Source: Calcarisporiella thermophila CBS 279.70 (lineage: Eukaryota > Fungi > Calcarisporiellomycota). Taken from it: 64,000 nt of DNA. The translations under genes were made by a program, and so were the position numbers. Numbering within the stretch: the stretch's first letter is position 1; every line of letters begins with the position of its first letter. The stretch covers positions 250,810 to 314,809 of the forward strand of contig NW_027192207.1 of NCBI RefSeq assembly GCF_041956535.1, given 5' to 3'. The notes below the pieces were generated by a model, which ran no database searches, had not been told where the DNA came from, and saw nothing but the letters and a program-made list of their open reading frames with translations. Of the stretch, positions 25,654 through 37,257 are shown one piece after another.

Positions 25654-27285
25654 AAATTGTATAAAAAATTGAAATTTAGTTTATTGAAAAATTAAATATT
25701 GAAACTATAGTTTAAATTATATATCATGTAGTTGAAGCATTTATTAGTGAATACGCGTTTTATAAATAAGTTCTATTGTGACAGAAGTAATTTGGGACTT
25801 CTGGACTCATATAGTAAAATAATAGTAGAAATAAAAGAGAAAATTAGTAGTAAGAATCAGAAAACCAATTGCTGAACTATTAAATAAATAACAGGAAAAA
25901 CAAATAAACTGGATTCTTCATCTATAAACAAATAAGATAATAATTAAAAGTATGTAATATTAAGTTGCAAATTAAAAATCCTGACAATAAACCTCTAATA
26001 TCTAATATGAGAAATATTCATAATGACGTATCACTCAATGAACACAAGTAAAATAATAAGACACTCTTCCACAAGAAAATTTTTGAAAATTTTTCTAAGA
26101 TACGTAGCCAATTTTTTTTAAAAAAGAATGTGCAACATTAGTTAAAACTTATCGTGATTTTACAAATCATGCATATTTATAGGAGGCCTTCTATTTACTT
26201 GCCCATAATCAATTCAAGCACTATACAGAAGTATAATTTTAGTATTATGGAAAGTTTGTAAGAACGTATATAATTTTTTTAAAACCATCCCCTTGTGAAG
26301 AGCTCATAACTTTGTTGAAGCAATTTTTTTATCAGTGTAAAAAACGTTTAATTAATTGTTTATTTCCAAAAATTATTGATCTAAAGTTCTTTCGCAACTG
26401 GTTATTTCCCAAGAAGAATTTCTTCAATAATAAGATGAGAGTGCAGATGATAAACGAGAACTGAAATATTACTTTCAAATGTATATAGCTCTTACACATA
26501 TATATATGGGTACAATACTTCGCTTAATCTACTAAATCATCTAGCTAGATTCTCTTTTCTGAAGTAATGCCGATTCTATCTTCCGTTTCTTACCAGCAAT
26601 TTGTAATAATAGGTTTCTTATGAGGCTGTACTGGAACAAGTGCCAGTGTTTAAGTCAATTTTTAATTTTTCGTGCCTTGGTGAAAAGTTTTTACCACATT
26701 AAACTTTACGAATCTTCTGAGAGTGCTTGTAATGTCTCGGGCTATTTTCAACACCAATTAGGCACAAATGAATCACTTTTGGGCATGTAAAATTGCATCT
26801 CAAAAACTGGAACGAATATTAATTCGCTCGATGTATTTTCCCATGGAACTTGTTCAGTCTTCAAATATAATCATACGTCTTTGATCTTTTCAAAATTGCC
26901 AGCCACGTTCTTAATATTATGTAAGTATAAAAGTTCCATTAGGATTTTATAGCCAGATTGCCTCTAATCGTAAAATTTTCTTTGGCCCTTTGCAAACCTC
27001 TTTTCATATTGGTCGCAACGCACCTTTTGTTATATCGCTAGGATTCCAGCGATATTACAGGTACGCACGGATATGACTCTTTAGTTCATGGCATCCTTAT
27101 ATGTTCCTTCTTCGGGTCAATTACCCCTAGGTGCATCCCTTTAGCCCGAAACAAGAGGATGAAACCCGAGGCATTTCCTGGTTTGAAATCATTATTAATT
27201 GTAATTTCAATCGCTGTATAAATAGTGTTCAAATCAACCTTAAATTTGTTATTACGTAGCCCCATATTAGAATAACATTTCCCTC

Positions 27286-28887
27286 ATGCTTACAATATTG
27301 ATTTTCTTGGCTGCGTTTCCATGTGTCATTTGCGATACAATTTTGAGGCTCGAATATGGAATATTTAATGGCACTATTGAAAACGGGCTATCAGTGTGGC
27401 GGGGGGTGCCGTTTGCTAAACCGCCTGTTGGAGACCTGCGGTTCCGGGCACCGCAGCCACCGCAACAGTTCACTTCGGTTCAGAAGGCTGACACGTTCGG
27501 AAGCAGCTGCATTCAGTTTCGTACTCCTAGAGATAAAGAAAGTGCTGTAACTGACGTCTCTGAAGATTGTCTATATCTGAATATCTGGAGGCCCACAAAC
27601 GCTCAAAATCTACCCATTTTGTTCTGGATCTATGGAGGCGGGTTTTTAATGGGTTCTTCTTCGTTGCCTGCATTCGACGGATCCCATCTAGTCCAGAGAT
27701 CAAACAATAGCATCATTTTCGTATCTGCAAATTATCGCGTGGGTCCTCTCGGCTTTCTTTCTTCTGAAGAAGTTCGCAGGGATGGAGATTTGAATGCAGG
27801 CCTTCTCGACCAGAAAATGGCGTTGGAATGGGTCCGCAAGTATGCGAGTGCATTTGGGGGTGATCCGACGCAAATAACAGTTATGGGCGAGAGTGCAGGC
27901 GCTATTTCAATTGGACTCCATCTTATTTCTGCCTCTTCCACGGAGAGCTCCCGCTCAAATGGAAATTTAGAGTTGGGATCTCGGCAAGAGAACACTTCAA
28001 AGGCCTCAACAAAACGCCTTTTTGATAAAGCCATCTTGTCGAGCGGATCGCCGGCCGCCGAGACTTACTGTCGGCCATATAAGGACTTCCAATCAGTTTA
28101 CAACAGACTTCTCAAGAAAGTTGGATGTTATTCAGCCGCCAATACGTTGGAGTGTTTGAGGCAATGCGACATCAGATTGCTGCTCAATGCGGGCTATCAA
28201 TTAACGCAAACATCGAACCCTATCCTTGCGTTTAGTCCAGTTGTTGATGGAAGGTACATTGTTGAAGACTGCTCAGAGCGCTTGAAGCAACAAAAGTTCC
28301 TCCATGTTCCGCTCATTGTGGGAACCAACACCAACGAAGGCGTCTCCTTCGTAGATAGAATACCATTGAAAAATACTACATTAGTTCTATTTGCGGCCAT
28401 AAAGCGAGTTTTCCCGTCCGTTTCTATTTCTACTCTGCTGAGAATTGCTCAGCTATACCCAATTGGGGCAGCATATCCTAAATATGAGTCGCGGCTGTCT
28501 CTAGCTGTCGGAGAGGAATCGATAATTTGCCCTTCGTTAAAGCTGGCCAAGGCATTTTCACCCGATGTATATAAATACCGCTTTAATCAAGCCGAAGGTC
28601 CTAATGGAGCATTTCATGGTGCCGACATCCCTTACATGTTTCATAACACTCGGGGTATGATGGATTCAGAAGTTCAACTTGCGGACCTCATTTCAGACTA
28701 TTACATCTCTTTCATACAATCTGGAGACCCTAACACGAATTCTTCACACATCAAATGGCCCAGATATGACGCTGGAAAACAAATTGTATTTGAGGCTGAA
28801 AAAACTGGTCTGGAAAAAGACCCAAGCGACAACGAGAGATGCGATTTTTGGAATTCTTTTGACTATACCAGCTCTATTTTTGGGTAA
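27286..28887 (+). CDS. secreted type-B carboxylesterase/lipase, copy 3 (intronless)
   Basis: EDCLYLNIW, WIYGGGF, GESAG, TNEG, GAFH. Confidence 0.93.
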   Translation: MLTILIFLAAFPCVICDTILRLEYGIFNGTIENGLSVWRGVPFAKPPVGDLRFRAPQPPQQFTSVQKADTFGSSCIQFRTPRDKESAVTDVSEDCLYLNIWRPTNAQNLPILFWIYGGGFLMGSSSLPAFDGSHLVQRSNNSIIFVSANYRVGPLGFLSSEEVRRDGDLNAGLLDQKMALEWVRKYASAFGGDPTQITVMGESAGAISIGLHLISASSTESSRSNGNLELGSRQENTSKASTKRLFDKAILSSGSPAAETYCRPYKDFQSVYNRLLKKVGCYSAANTLECLRQCDIRLLLNAGYQLTQTSNPILAFSPVVDGRYIVEDCSERLKQQKFLHVPLIVGTNTNEGVSFVDRIPLKNTTLVLFAAIKRVFPSVSISTLLRIAQLYPIGAAYPKYESRLSLAVGEESIICPSLKLAKAFSPDVYKYRFNQAEGPNGAFHGADIPYMFHNTRGMMDSEVQLADLISDYYISFIQSGDPNTNSSHIKWPRYDAGKQIVFEAEKTGLEKDPSDNERCDFWNSFDYTSSIFG

Positions 28888-29157
28888 AGTCTTCACACAG
28901 ACTTTACGTTGGCAAAAGACGAATTAGAATATAAAGCTAATGGATAAGTAATTGTAATATTGACTCTAATATTTATTTATTAATGTATTTCAGCCTTTAA
29001 TATTAAATTCAGAATCTTCCCAGCTTGTTAATATCTAAATGTCTAATTTATTAATATTTTAATCATGCATTATCTGCATAAATTTTTTCAAAATGTACTT
29101 AAAGACGTGTTTCTAACTCGACTAAATTTCAAACCTCTTATTTTCACAACGCATAGG

Positions 29158-29390
29158 ATGTGGCTTTTTATGGTACTTCTCTCATACTTGTTGTGCGACA
29201 CGCTTTTGACACTGGATAATGGAGTATTTAACGGTATGAAAAAAAAGAGACCTTAGTATGGCGTGGGGTACCATATATTAAGCCGCCGGTTGGAGAATTG
29301 CGATTTAGGGCGCCCGAACCGCCACGGCGAACAATTATATCTCGTTCATACGCTCTGGAGACCTAACATGTTCACTTCACACACCAAAAT
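29158..29390 (+). pseudogene. carboxylesterase pseudogene with a large internal deletion
   Basis: Signal peptide and DTLLTLDNGVFNG, then a frameshifted VWRGVP..KPPVGELRFRAP, fused directly to a C-terminal-like 'YISFIRSGD...TSH'. Confidence 0.85.
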
Positions 29391-30651
29391 TTGGGGTGAC
29401 ATACTCAGGATATTTAATGGCCTAAGTACGTCAGGAAACAAATTAAATTCGAAGCGGAAAATACGATGCGGACGACGCGGATCACTCTCACAATGTGAGA
29501 TGTATCTTCTGGAATAATCAATATCACCAACCAGATATCTCCAATAAAAATTATCCATACTGGTACCTCCACACATAGTTGGATCTAGAAAACTCAGCTA
29601 GCACCACTACAAGGGTATGAAATATTGTCTTACTTAGGGTTACACCAAGCCTCCTTAATCCCTACAAAACATGGTAATAAAAAATGCTCAAAGAAGATTA
29701 CAAGAGCTTTAGGAGATGTTCACGATTTTCAAGTATCGGAGATAGTCACAAGCGAAAGGGGGCTTGCAAGTGTAAAATGGCTAGCTTAGCTGATAAACTA
29801 TTTGCAGCCAATCGGCTGTTTAAAAGTAAATGCTAGAGTTATAGTATAAGCAACAGGAAATATATTTGCGCAAGAAATGTTGTGCAGTCTATGGCCATAA
29901 CCTTGTTTTCAGATCGACCTTCAGATCAGCCCACTTCTGTCCCAGAATTCCAAATCCGACTTCTGCTTATATCCTTTTGGTCCCTGTGTTGTTTCGAAAT
30001 GACACTAAAAATAACCGAATCTCATATTAAATCATTTTCAATACCTATATTGTCATGATGGAAACATACGTTACATAACGAAAATCTCAAGAAAACAAAT
30101 AAATGTGCCTGCACTCCATTTTCCTATTGTATCCAACAATTATCACAAAAAGAGTGTTTCTGTACCAACCTTTATTTCCACTGCAGCAATACCCATGTGC
30201 CCACCCCTTAACACTCACACTGTAGTTGCCACGGGCCTAAATGTGAATAAACAATGCAGCCCCACTACAACTACCTTTGTTGCGTAATTATCTTCCAATT
30301 GATTACAGCTCATGATTCCTAACCCAAAATGCGAATACGAAACCCAGGACTTGGCACTGAGTTTTCATTGCGGAGAGAGGCTAAAGTCCGCAAAAGGCAA
30401 GATTGATTTCCTTATCTCACCTTTAAGGCTCAACATGTTTTAACATTCGAGTTCTATAGTTGGGATTGAGTTATCCGAGCCGAGAGTCCCACTTTTGAAA
30501 TATCAAACTACCTCGGACTTCAATCCAATTCCACGTTTTATCAGATCTCTCCGAGCCCCCACCTCCCTAATAAATACACCTTATTTAGCACTGCCATCAA
30601 ACAATTTGGTACTATTGCAGCTTCATTTTATTATATTATACTATTTCACCC

Positions 30652-32244
30652 ATGCGTAGGATTTTAGTTTTGGCGACGCTGTTCTGTTGCGTGTTGGGCG
30701 ACACGCTATTGAAGCTCGACTATGGCATGTTTAATGGCACAAATGAAGACGGGCTGACCGTTTGGCGTGGGGTGCCATTTGCTAAACCGCCGGTTGGAGA
30801 CTTGCGATTCAGAGCACCGCAGCCGCCGCAGCGCTTCTCTTCCCTGCAGCAGGCCGACAAATTCGGAAATAGCTGTATCCAATTCGTGAACATGACGGCA
30901 CCAAATAATGCCTCAGAAGACTGCCTGTCTCTAAACATCTGGAAGCCCGCAAATGCACAAAATCTTCCCATTGTGTTCTGGATACACGGAGGAGCGTTTT
31001 TGTTGGGCTCGTCGGCGATGGACGTTTACGATGGATCGCGTCTAGTCAAGCAATCGAACAACAGCATCATTTTTGTTTCCTCCAACTATCGCCTTGGTGC
31101 GCTTGGCTTCCTAGCCTCTGATGAAATACTCAAGGACGGAGATCTGAATGCTGGTCTCCTTGATCAAAGGATGGCCTTGGAATGGGTTCGCAAGTATGCG
31201 ACCTTATTCGGGGGCGACCCAACGCGGATCACCGCAATGGGAGAGAGTGCCGGCGCTATTTCAATTGGTTTACACCTTGTTTCTAGTAGCCCAAAGAATA
31301 CAAAAAAGAGGCAGCGCCTAAGTTCACGGCAGGAGAAAGCTCCACTCCAGCGTCCATTTGATAGAGCCATCCTGTCAAGCGGATCTTCAACCAGTGCTTA
31401 CAATTGCATGACATACAAGTCCTTCCAACCCGTTTACAACGCACTCGTTGAGAACGTCAACTGCTCAAATGCCAACAACACTTTGGAGTGTCTTAGAAAG
31501 AGCGATATAACTGTCCTGCATACTGCAGGCGTGGCGTTAGCAGAATCCACATTCCCTCAACTTAAGTATCCTCCTGTCGCAGGTGGAGAGTATATTTCCA
31601 AGGGTTGCTCCGATGTGTTAGACAGCCGCCAGTTCCTTGACGTTCCGCTCATCGTGGGCACAAACACCAACGAGGGGACCTTGTTCGCCAATAATATCCC
31701 CAGCAATACAACTGAAGAATACATTTCAGGATTGAAGAAGATCATTCCTTGTATCTCCAACTCTACCATACAGGATCTTATCAAATTGTATCCGGAAGAG
31801 AAGGAGATCCCACAATTTGATACACGACTTTCGCTACCATTTGGAGATATGACTTTTATATGTCCCGCGTATAAGCTAGCGAAAGCCTATTCCACCAATG
31901 TGTACAAATATCGGTTTAACCAGCCAGATGGCCCTCTCGGCGCTCGCCACGGAGGCGACATCCCCTACATGTTCCACAATGTAGCCAACTTGACTGCTTC
32001 AGAAGCGCAACTGTCGGATATCATGACGAATTACTATATCTCATTCATCCGTTCTGGAGACCCCAACGCCCATACCCCGTATATCAAATGGCCTAAGTTT
32101 GCCGGTGAACGAATTAAATTTGAGGCAGAAAATACGGAGCTGGAGAAGGACACCTCTGACAATGAGATATGTACTTACTGGAACTCGCACAACTATAACT
32201 GCCAGCCGGATAATGCAAAAAACGAACCTAAAGATGAGCAGTGA
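30652..32244 (+). CDS. secreted type-B carboxylesterase/lipase, copy 4 (intronless)
   Basis: EDCLSLNIW, WIHGGAF, GESAG, TNEG, GARH. Confidence 0.93.
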   Translation: MRRILVLATLFCCVLGDTLLKLDYGMFNGTNEDGLTVWRGVPFAKPPVGDLRFRAPQPPQRFSSLQQADKFGNSCIQFVNMTAPNNASEDCLSLNIWKPANAQNLPIVFWIHGGAFLLGSSAMDVYDGSRLVKQSNNSIIFVSSNYRLGALGFLASDEILKDGDLNAGLLDQRMALEWVRKYATLFGGDPTRITAMGESAGAISIGLHLVSSSPKNTKKRQRLSSRQEKAPLQRPFDRAILSSGSSTSAYNCMTYKSFQPVYNALVENVNCSNANNTLECLRKSDITVLHTAGVALAESTFPQLKYPPVAGGEYISKGCSDVLDSRQFLDVPLIVGTNTNEGTLFANNIPSNTTEEYISGLKKIIPCISNSTIQDLIKLYPEEKEIPQFDTRLSLPFGDMTFICPAYKLAKAYSTNVYKYRFNQPDGPLGARHGGDIPYMFHNVANLTASEAQLSDIMTNYYISFIRSGDPNAHTPYIKWPKFAGERIKFEAENTELEKDTSDNEICTYWNSHNYNCQPDNAKNEPKDEQ

Positions 32245-32879
32245 ATCATAGAGTAGAGTTAGTGCAGTTTATTTTTGAATATATCATGTATAAGGTTGCA
32301 TAAAATTCTGAATCCTGAAATGAACACAATTTTTTTCTTTTTCCTCTTGTTAACAGGACCTTGGCATGACTCAATAAAATTTTCAACTATTGTAACAAAA
32401 AACTCAGCTACTAATTGACATTGCATTACCTTTCACACCTGAAATTGACTTCGACCTAGTATATACAGCAAGTACTACTTCATAAGAGTCCCCATATTTT
32501 GTTAGGATATACAATATATCAAGTCAGTTTGATTTCTATGATTGTTTACAATGAAACACAAGAAGCATGTAGAAGCATTTCACTTAAATCGAAGACGGCG
32601 GCAAGACGTACGCTTATTGATAGAGCACAATAGTTGGCTCATCTGATAAGCTATTCTCTGCCAATCGAAAAACTTAAAGCATCAGTTCGAGTTATGACAA
32701 AATTCAAGTGGCAGGATAATATATTTGTAAGCGTCATGTTGTGTGGCGTGTGGTACTTAAAGGGTGTATTCAAACCACCTACAGAACTACTCGCCTCTAC
32801 TCCAGAATTCTGAGTATCGAATTCGCTTTTACTACAACTAGTCCCTACCTAATATTGAGAAAGCAACTTAAAAGTGTCC

Positions 32880-33672
32880 AATATTTTTGCCAATCATGTC
32901 ATGTCTACCAGTCTGTATACAATGAATTTGCTGAGAATTTTGACTGTTCAAATGCAAACAGGACGCTAAACTATCTAAGGGAGTTCATTATAGCTCACCT
33001 ACACAATTCAGGTATAGCCATTGCACAAACAGAAGCATCGCCATTTTTCATTAAATATAATCCTGTCGTCGGCGAATTGTATAATGTCAACGATTGCTTT
33101 TCCTTTGAAAGATAATAGATTCGTTCATATTCCGTTCATTGTCGGAACAAACACCATTGAGGGGACCATATTTGCGGGACAATTACCGTCTAACATAAAG
33201 GAAAAGTTCAATTCAAGTTTGAATAAATTGACATGCTTTCAATATTCCGTTGCAGGAGATTGCCAAGTTTGTATCCAGGAGGAGAAGCTTACTTAATATA
33301 CGAAATACGAATAATTCTAGCAATCGGTAATCATATATTTAGATATTCTGCGCTAGAGTTAGCCAAGGCATATTCTCCCAATGTATCGAAGTACGCTTGA
33401 TCAGTCCAACGGACCTCCTGGTGCATATGGCTCCGAAGATATCCGATATGCATTCCAGGCCACACAAAATGTCAGCTTCAAAGGCGCAACTAGCAAACAT
33501 CATTTCGGACCATTATATCTCGTTTGTCCATTCTGGAGACCTTATCATCAACTCTCCGCACATCAAATGGCCCAAAATGCTGCCGGGAGCAAATTATATT
33601 TGAGGCGGAATATATAAGAAACAGCATCTCAACAACCAATGGTGTGCTTATTGTAACGATTCCAACTACACC
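32880..33672 (+). pseudogene. carboxylesterase pseudogene (3' half only, frameshifted)
   Basis: Fragments YQSVYNEF..CSNANRTL, IPFIVGTNTIEGTIF and ISDHYISFVHSGD..HIKWPK lie in different frames. Confidence 0.85.
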
Positions 33673-34393
33673 GGCCCTCTATTTATATGTTCCCACGAAG
33701 ACTTTCATGCAAGAAAATATAGTTGGAGATCACGGGCTATCTTTTTTTAATATATGTTTCTGAATTGTACAGAATTCAAGAAAGTTTATATTAGGATTAT
33801 AGAGATATAATCTTAATGGAAATTATTCTTCTGTTTATTTTTTGAAAAATGTTTAAACATTTCCTAACTCTACTTTGGCCAAAAAGTATAAACATCGTCA
33901 TTTCAGAGACTTAAATACATTAAATAATCATGAACTGAGCACGAGGCTCTGATTCAATGACTTTCCTCTCATCATTATGACGATAATATAAAAATAAAAA
34001 AAAAGTGGCCGCGAGAGGTGTGACCCTCTAGTTCAGCTCCACTCCCCCTTCTACAAAGATATTCATAGTTGAGGAATGGAGCGTGAAAACACCGCCTTGT
34101 CAGAAAATGTGAAAAAGAAGGAAAGGAGAATAAGGAGGAGGTTAAGAAAACAACAGATGAAACCTCCCACTATTTATACACTCGATGTTAGCAGTCACAA
34201 TTTGTTTATTTAACACGAAAAAAAAGAATAACTAGGAAAAAAAATATAAAGAACACGAAAAGTATTGGAGCATATATGGAAAGTAAATTTCTTTGCTAGA
34301 GACAATGCAACACAAAAAAAAGTATGATGATTAGTAAAACAAGGTAAATAAAAAATTATATAGAAACCCTTAGGAACATATTAAGAAAAATTT

Positions 34394-37064
34394 TCAGCCA
34401 TGAAACCCATTTTCATCTGTCTTCATATCCTCTTGACCTCGGAAATCGAATTTTTCCACCGCTGTACCAGCGCTCGTGGGCGCATTCTCGTTTGTATTTA
34501 GACGCTCGTAGGCAAAGCGTTGATAATGATTTAATGTGAGCAGGAATTTGACACCGACCTAATCAAAGAGAGATGTGAGTCACCATTCACTAAATGCCAT
34601 GCTATCGGCATTACTTACAGGGTGCGCGTTCATACGATTGAACAAGTCGAGCGTGTGTTGTCTGACGACTCGTGAAGGGTGGAAGAGCCCGAATCCAATT
34701 GGTGTCAGCCCTCCTCGATAGTGTGGAAGATACGACAAAAACTATAAATGATTCGAGCATTGGTGAAGAGAATAAGTTGAGGACGAGGTGGACGTGGAAG
34801 GGAAACAGAACTTACCTCGACAATTTGCTTTGGTGTCACGACATTGTCCACGAATGATTTGAATATAGCGATGACCTCCGCATCGGGAATATTCCGTTGC
34901 ACTTGTAATTTGGATATTTGACGTGCGACGTCTAGATTTTTGATGCTGCGTGTTTTCAATGATTTCATGAAATCCTAGTCCACCCAATCCGAAGAAAATT
35001 GACTTAGTAACAGCGCTCAATTGAATCAGGCAGCAGTACACTTACAATTTGCCGGTATTTATAACTTATCGTCCCTCGCCATCCCTCTATACGATTCGCA
35101 TTAATTGCGAGTTCACGTTGTTTTGTTGCCTCGTCTGCGAAAAATATACCCGTGCCAAGCTGTGGCGATGCGTCTGGCATATTGGAGGTGGCCAGATCTA
35201 CCTGCGTGGAGCCGTACGTTTCTTCTTCATATACAGCTGCTAGTTTGACAAATCGAGCAATATAATCCTGGAATTTGGCTCGAATAGCCGACTCACTGAA
35301 ATGAGATTGAATAGCAACAGTCACCTAGGGAGAAGTTTAGAGTAGGGTCAGTATATGCAGTTACACGAGCCTCTTTGAACCAACTCACGTTTGCCATAAA
35401 TTCGTTATCGGGCGATTCCCACTTGTCTCTTCCCCAAGTTTCGCCTTTGTCGCCACGAGCTTTCGAGTCATCTCCCGTCAAATCACCGCCCCGTGAGGTT
35501 TGCGACGGCATTTCGATATCCTTTGATATTAAAATTTTTCCAGTGTTTATATTACAGAGCACGTCCCACCATGATGGATGGTCCTCAAAAGTTGGATTCG
35601 TCACGCCAGCAATAAACCCGGGGCTGGATTATTTCGAAAAATTTAGCCAGAAAAGGGGACGGAAAAGAATAGAGTAAAAACAAACCATTTAAGTAATTCG
35701 TCCACATAGAGCAGATTGGTGTAAGGAAATGCGCGCTCCGTGAATCCCCTGAGCACCGTCCCGCACCCTGTTCCCATTGCACATGCAGCTAGCACATAGT
35801 TTGCTACCTCACCGGACGGCCGGCCATGGCCAAGGAATACAACTCGTTTCTGTGTAAGCAAAGCATTAATGAGCACTATGATGGGATGGGTGAAAGGGCC
35901 GTTGATGTCAAGGTGAGGGTGGTGCACACCCGTCGAGGGTGTCAAGTTCGCAGGGCTGAATGTGGATATAAGCTTGATGAGAGAGAAATCCCCCACCTCC
36001 TCCGGATTCAGCGTGAGTGGAACACGGATTGGGAGACGAATACCATCGTAAACTCCTTTCGTCTCGAAAAAATGGCGATCTTTATTACGACTTATGCTAT
36101 TACGCCGGTCCGCAATGAGTGACATATAAGGTCGGCGTCGGCCTAGATCATCTCCTTCGTCACCTGCCCCAGTAGTGATGTCATTGCTGGTTTGAATGCC
36201 GAGCCCGGCCTGCGTGGTACCGATGCCAGGGCGCGAGTCATTGGAGATGGAGGGCTCTTCGTTGAATTTCTCCTCGAATAGATCATTATTTTCAGCATGA
36301 CGTAGAATCTGCTTTTCATACCAGGTGAAGGAGGGCACTTGGGAAAGATCCATGGAGTTAACTGCTTCGTAGAGATCGGAAAGAACCTTGACGGAAGCAT
36401 CCTTAAATGACTTTTCAATAGCTAAGAGCAAAACAGGCTAAAAGATATATCCCATTAATAAGAAAATCAAATGATCATCTGCCAATGAGGTTCAAAAATG
36501 CACTTACTTTGTAGATATGCAAGAATCGGTGTCTTGTGCAAATGGCCATCGCTTTTACAATAGCTCCTCTACAATGCCATTAAAGTTTACTATTTCCATG
36601 TTCAACCTCCTTGATTTAGAAGTTGCATAATGGATACCTTTTGACGCTTGCATCATGTTTTGTACGCACCAAATTAAGCACATAAAGTAGCGGTTTCTTT
36701 TCTTTATCGCCGTTCGTTCCGGACGAGATGGCATCGGGATCTGGCACGGTCTGATTAAGGAAGAAAACAGTCCAATCTTCGGAACGCATATGAGCACCAT
36801 CCGGCAGCATCAGCTCGGCCAGTAAACTAGAGTAAGAAGAAGAGTTAATTGAGAAACTCACAATGAACACTGCACTGCGCATCTATTCCAATCTCCAAAA
36901 TAATGCATTCCATCCATCCTAACTGGAACTTACTGTTCATCCATGCCTGTCTCAGACGGATACTGGTAAGTAAGAGAGGCTCCTTTGTCAATGTCGAACT
37001 GTGCCTGCAGAATGTACTCGACGTGAAGTTCGGAGCCCTGCTGCATCACATTCTCGTCCTCCAT
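34394..37064 (-). CDS. Afi1/MesA-like DENN-fold polarity protein (9 exons)
   Basis: [55 protein letters not shown]; all introns GT-AG. Confidence 0.85.
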
Positions 37065-37257
37065 CGTCACGAAAAAGAAATAATGTAGACTACAACTTCT
37101 GTCGGGTCGTGCACACTCTAATACAGCAAAATTGGACCCCCGATTCTGGCTGTACTTATGAAATATTAGCCAACGGTGTAGTTTTAAAAGGATTTCATAC
37201 GTCTGAAACCTTTGAGCAAGAAAGTTCATGTTTGAGTTGGGAGAAATGGAGTGTATT

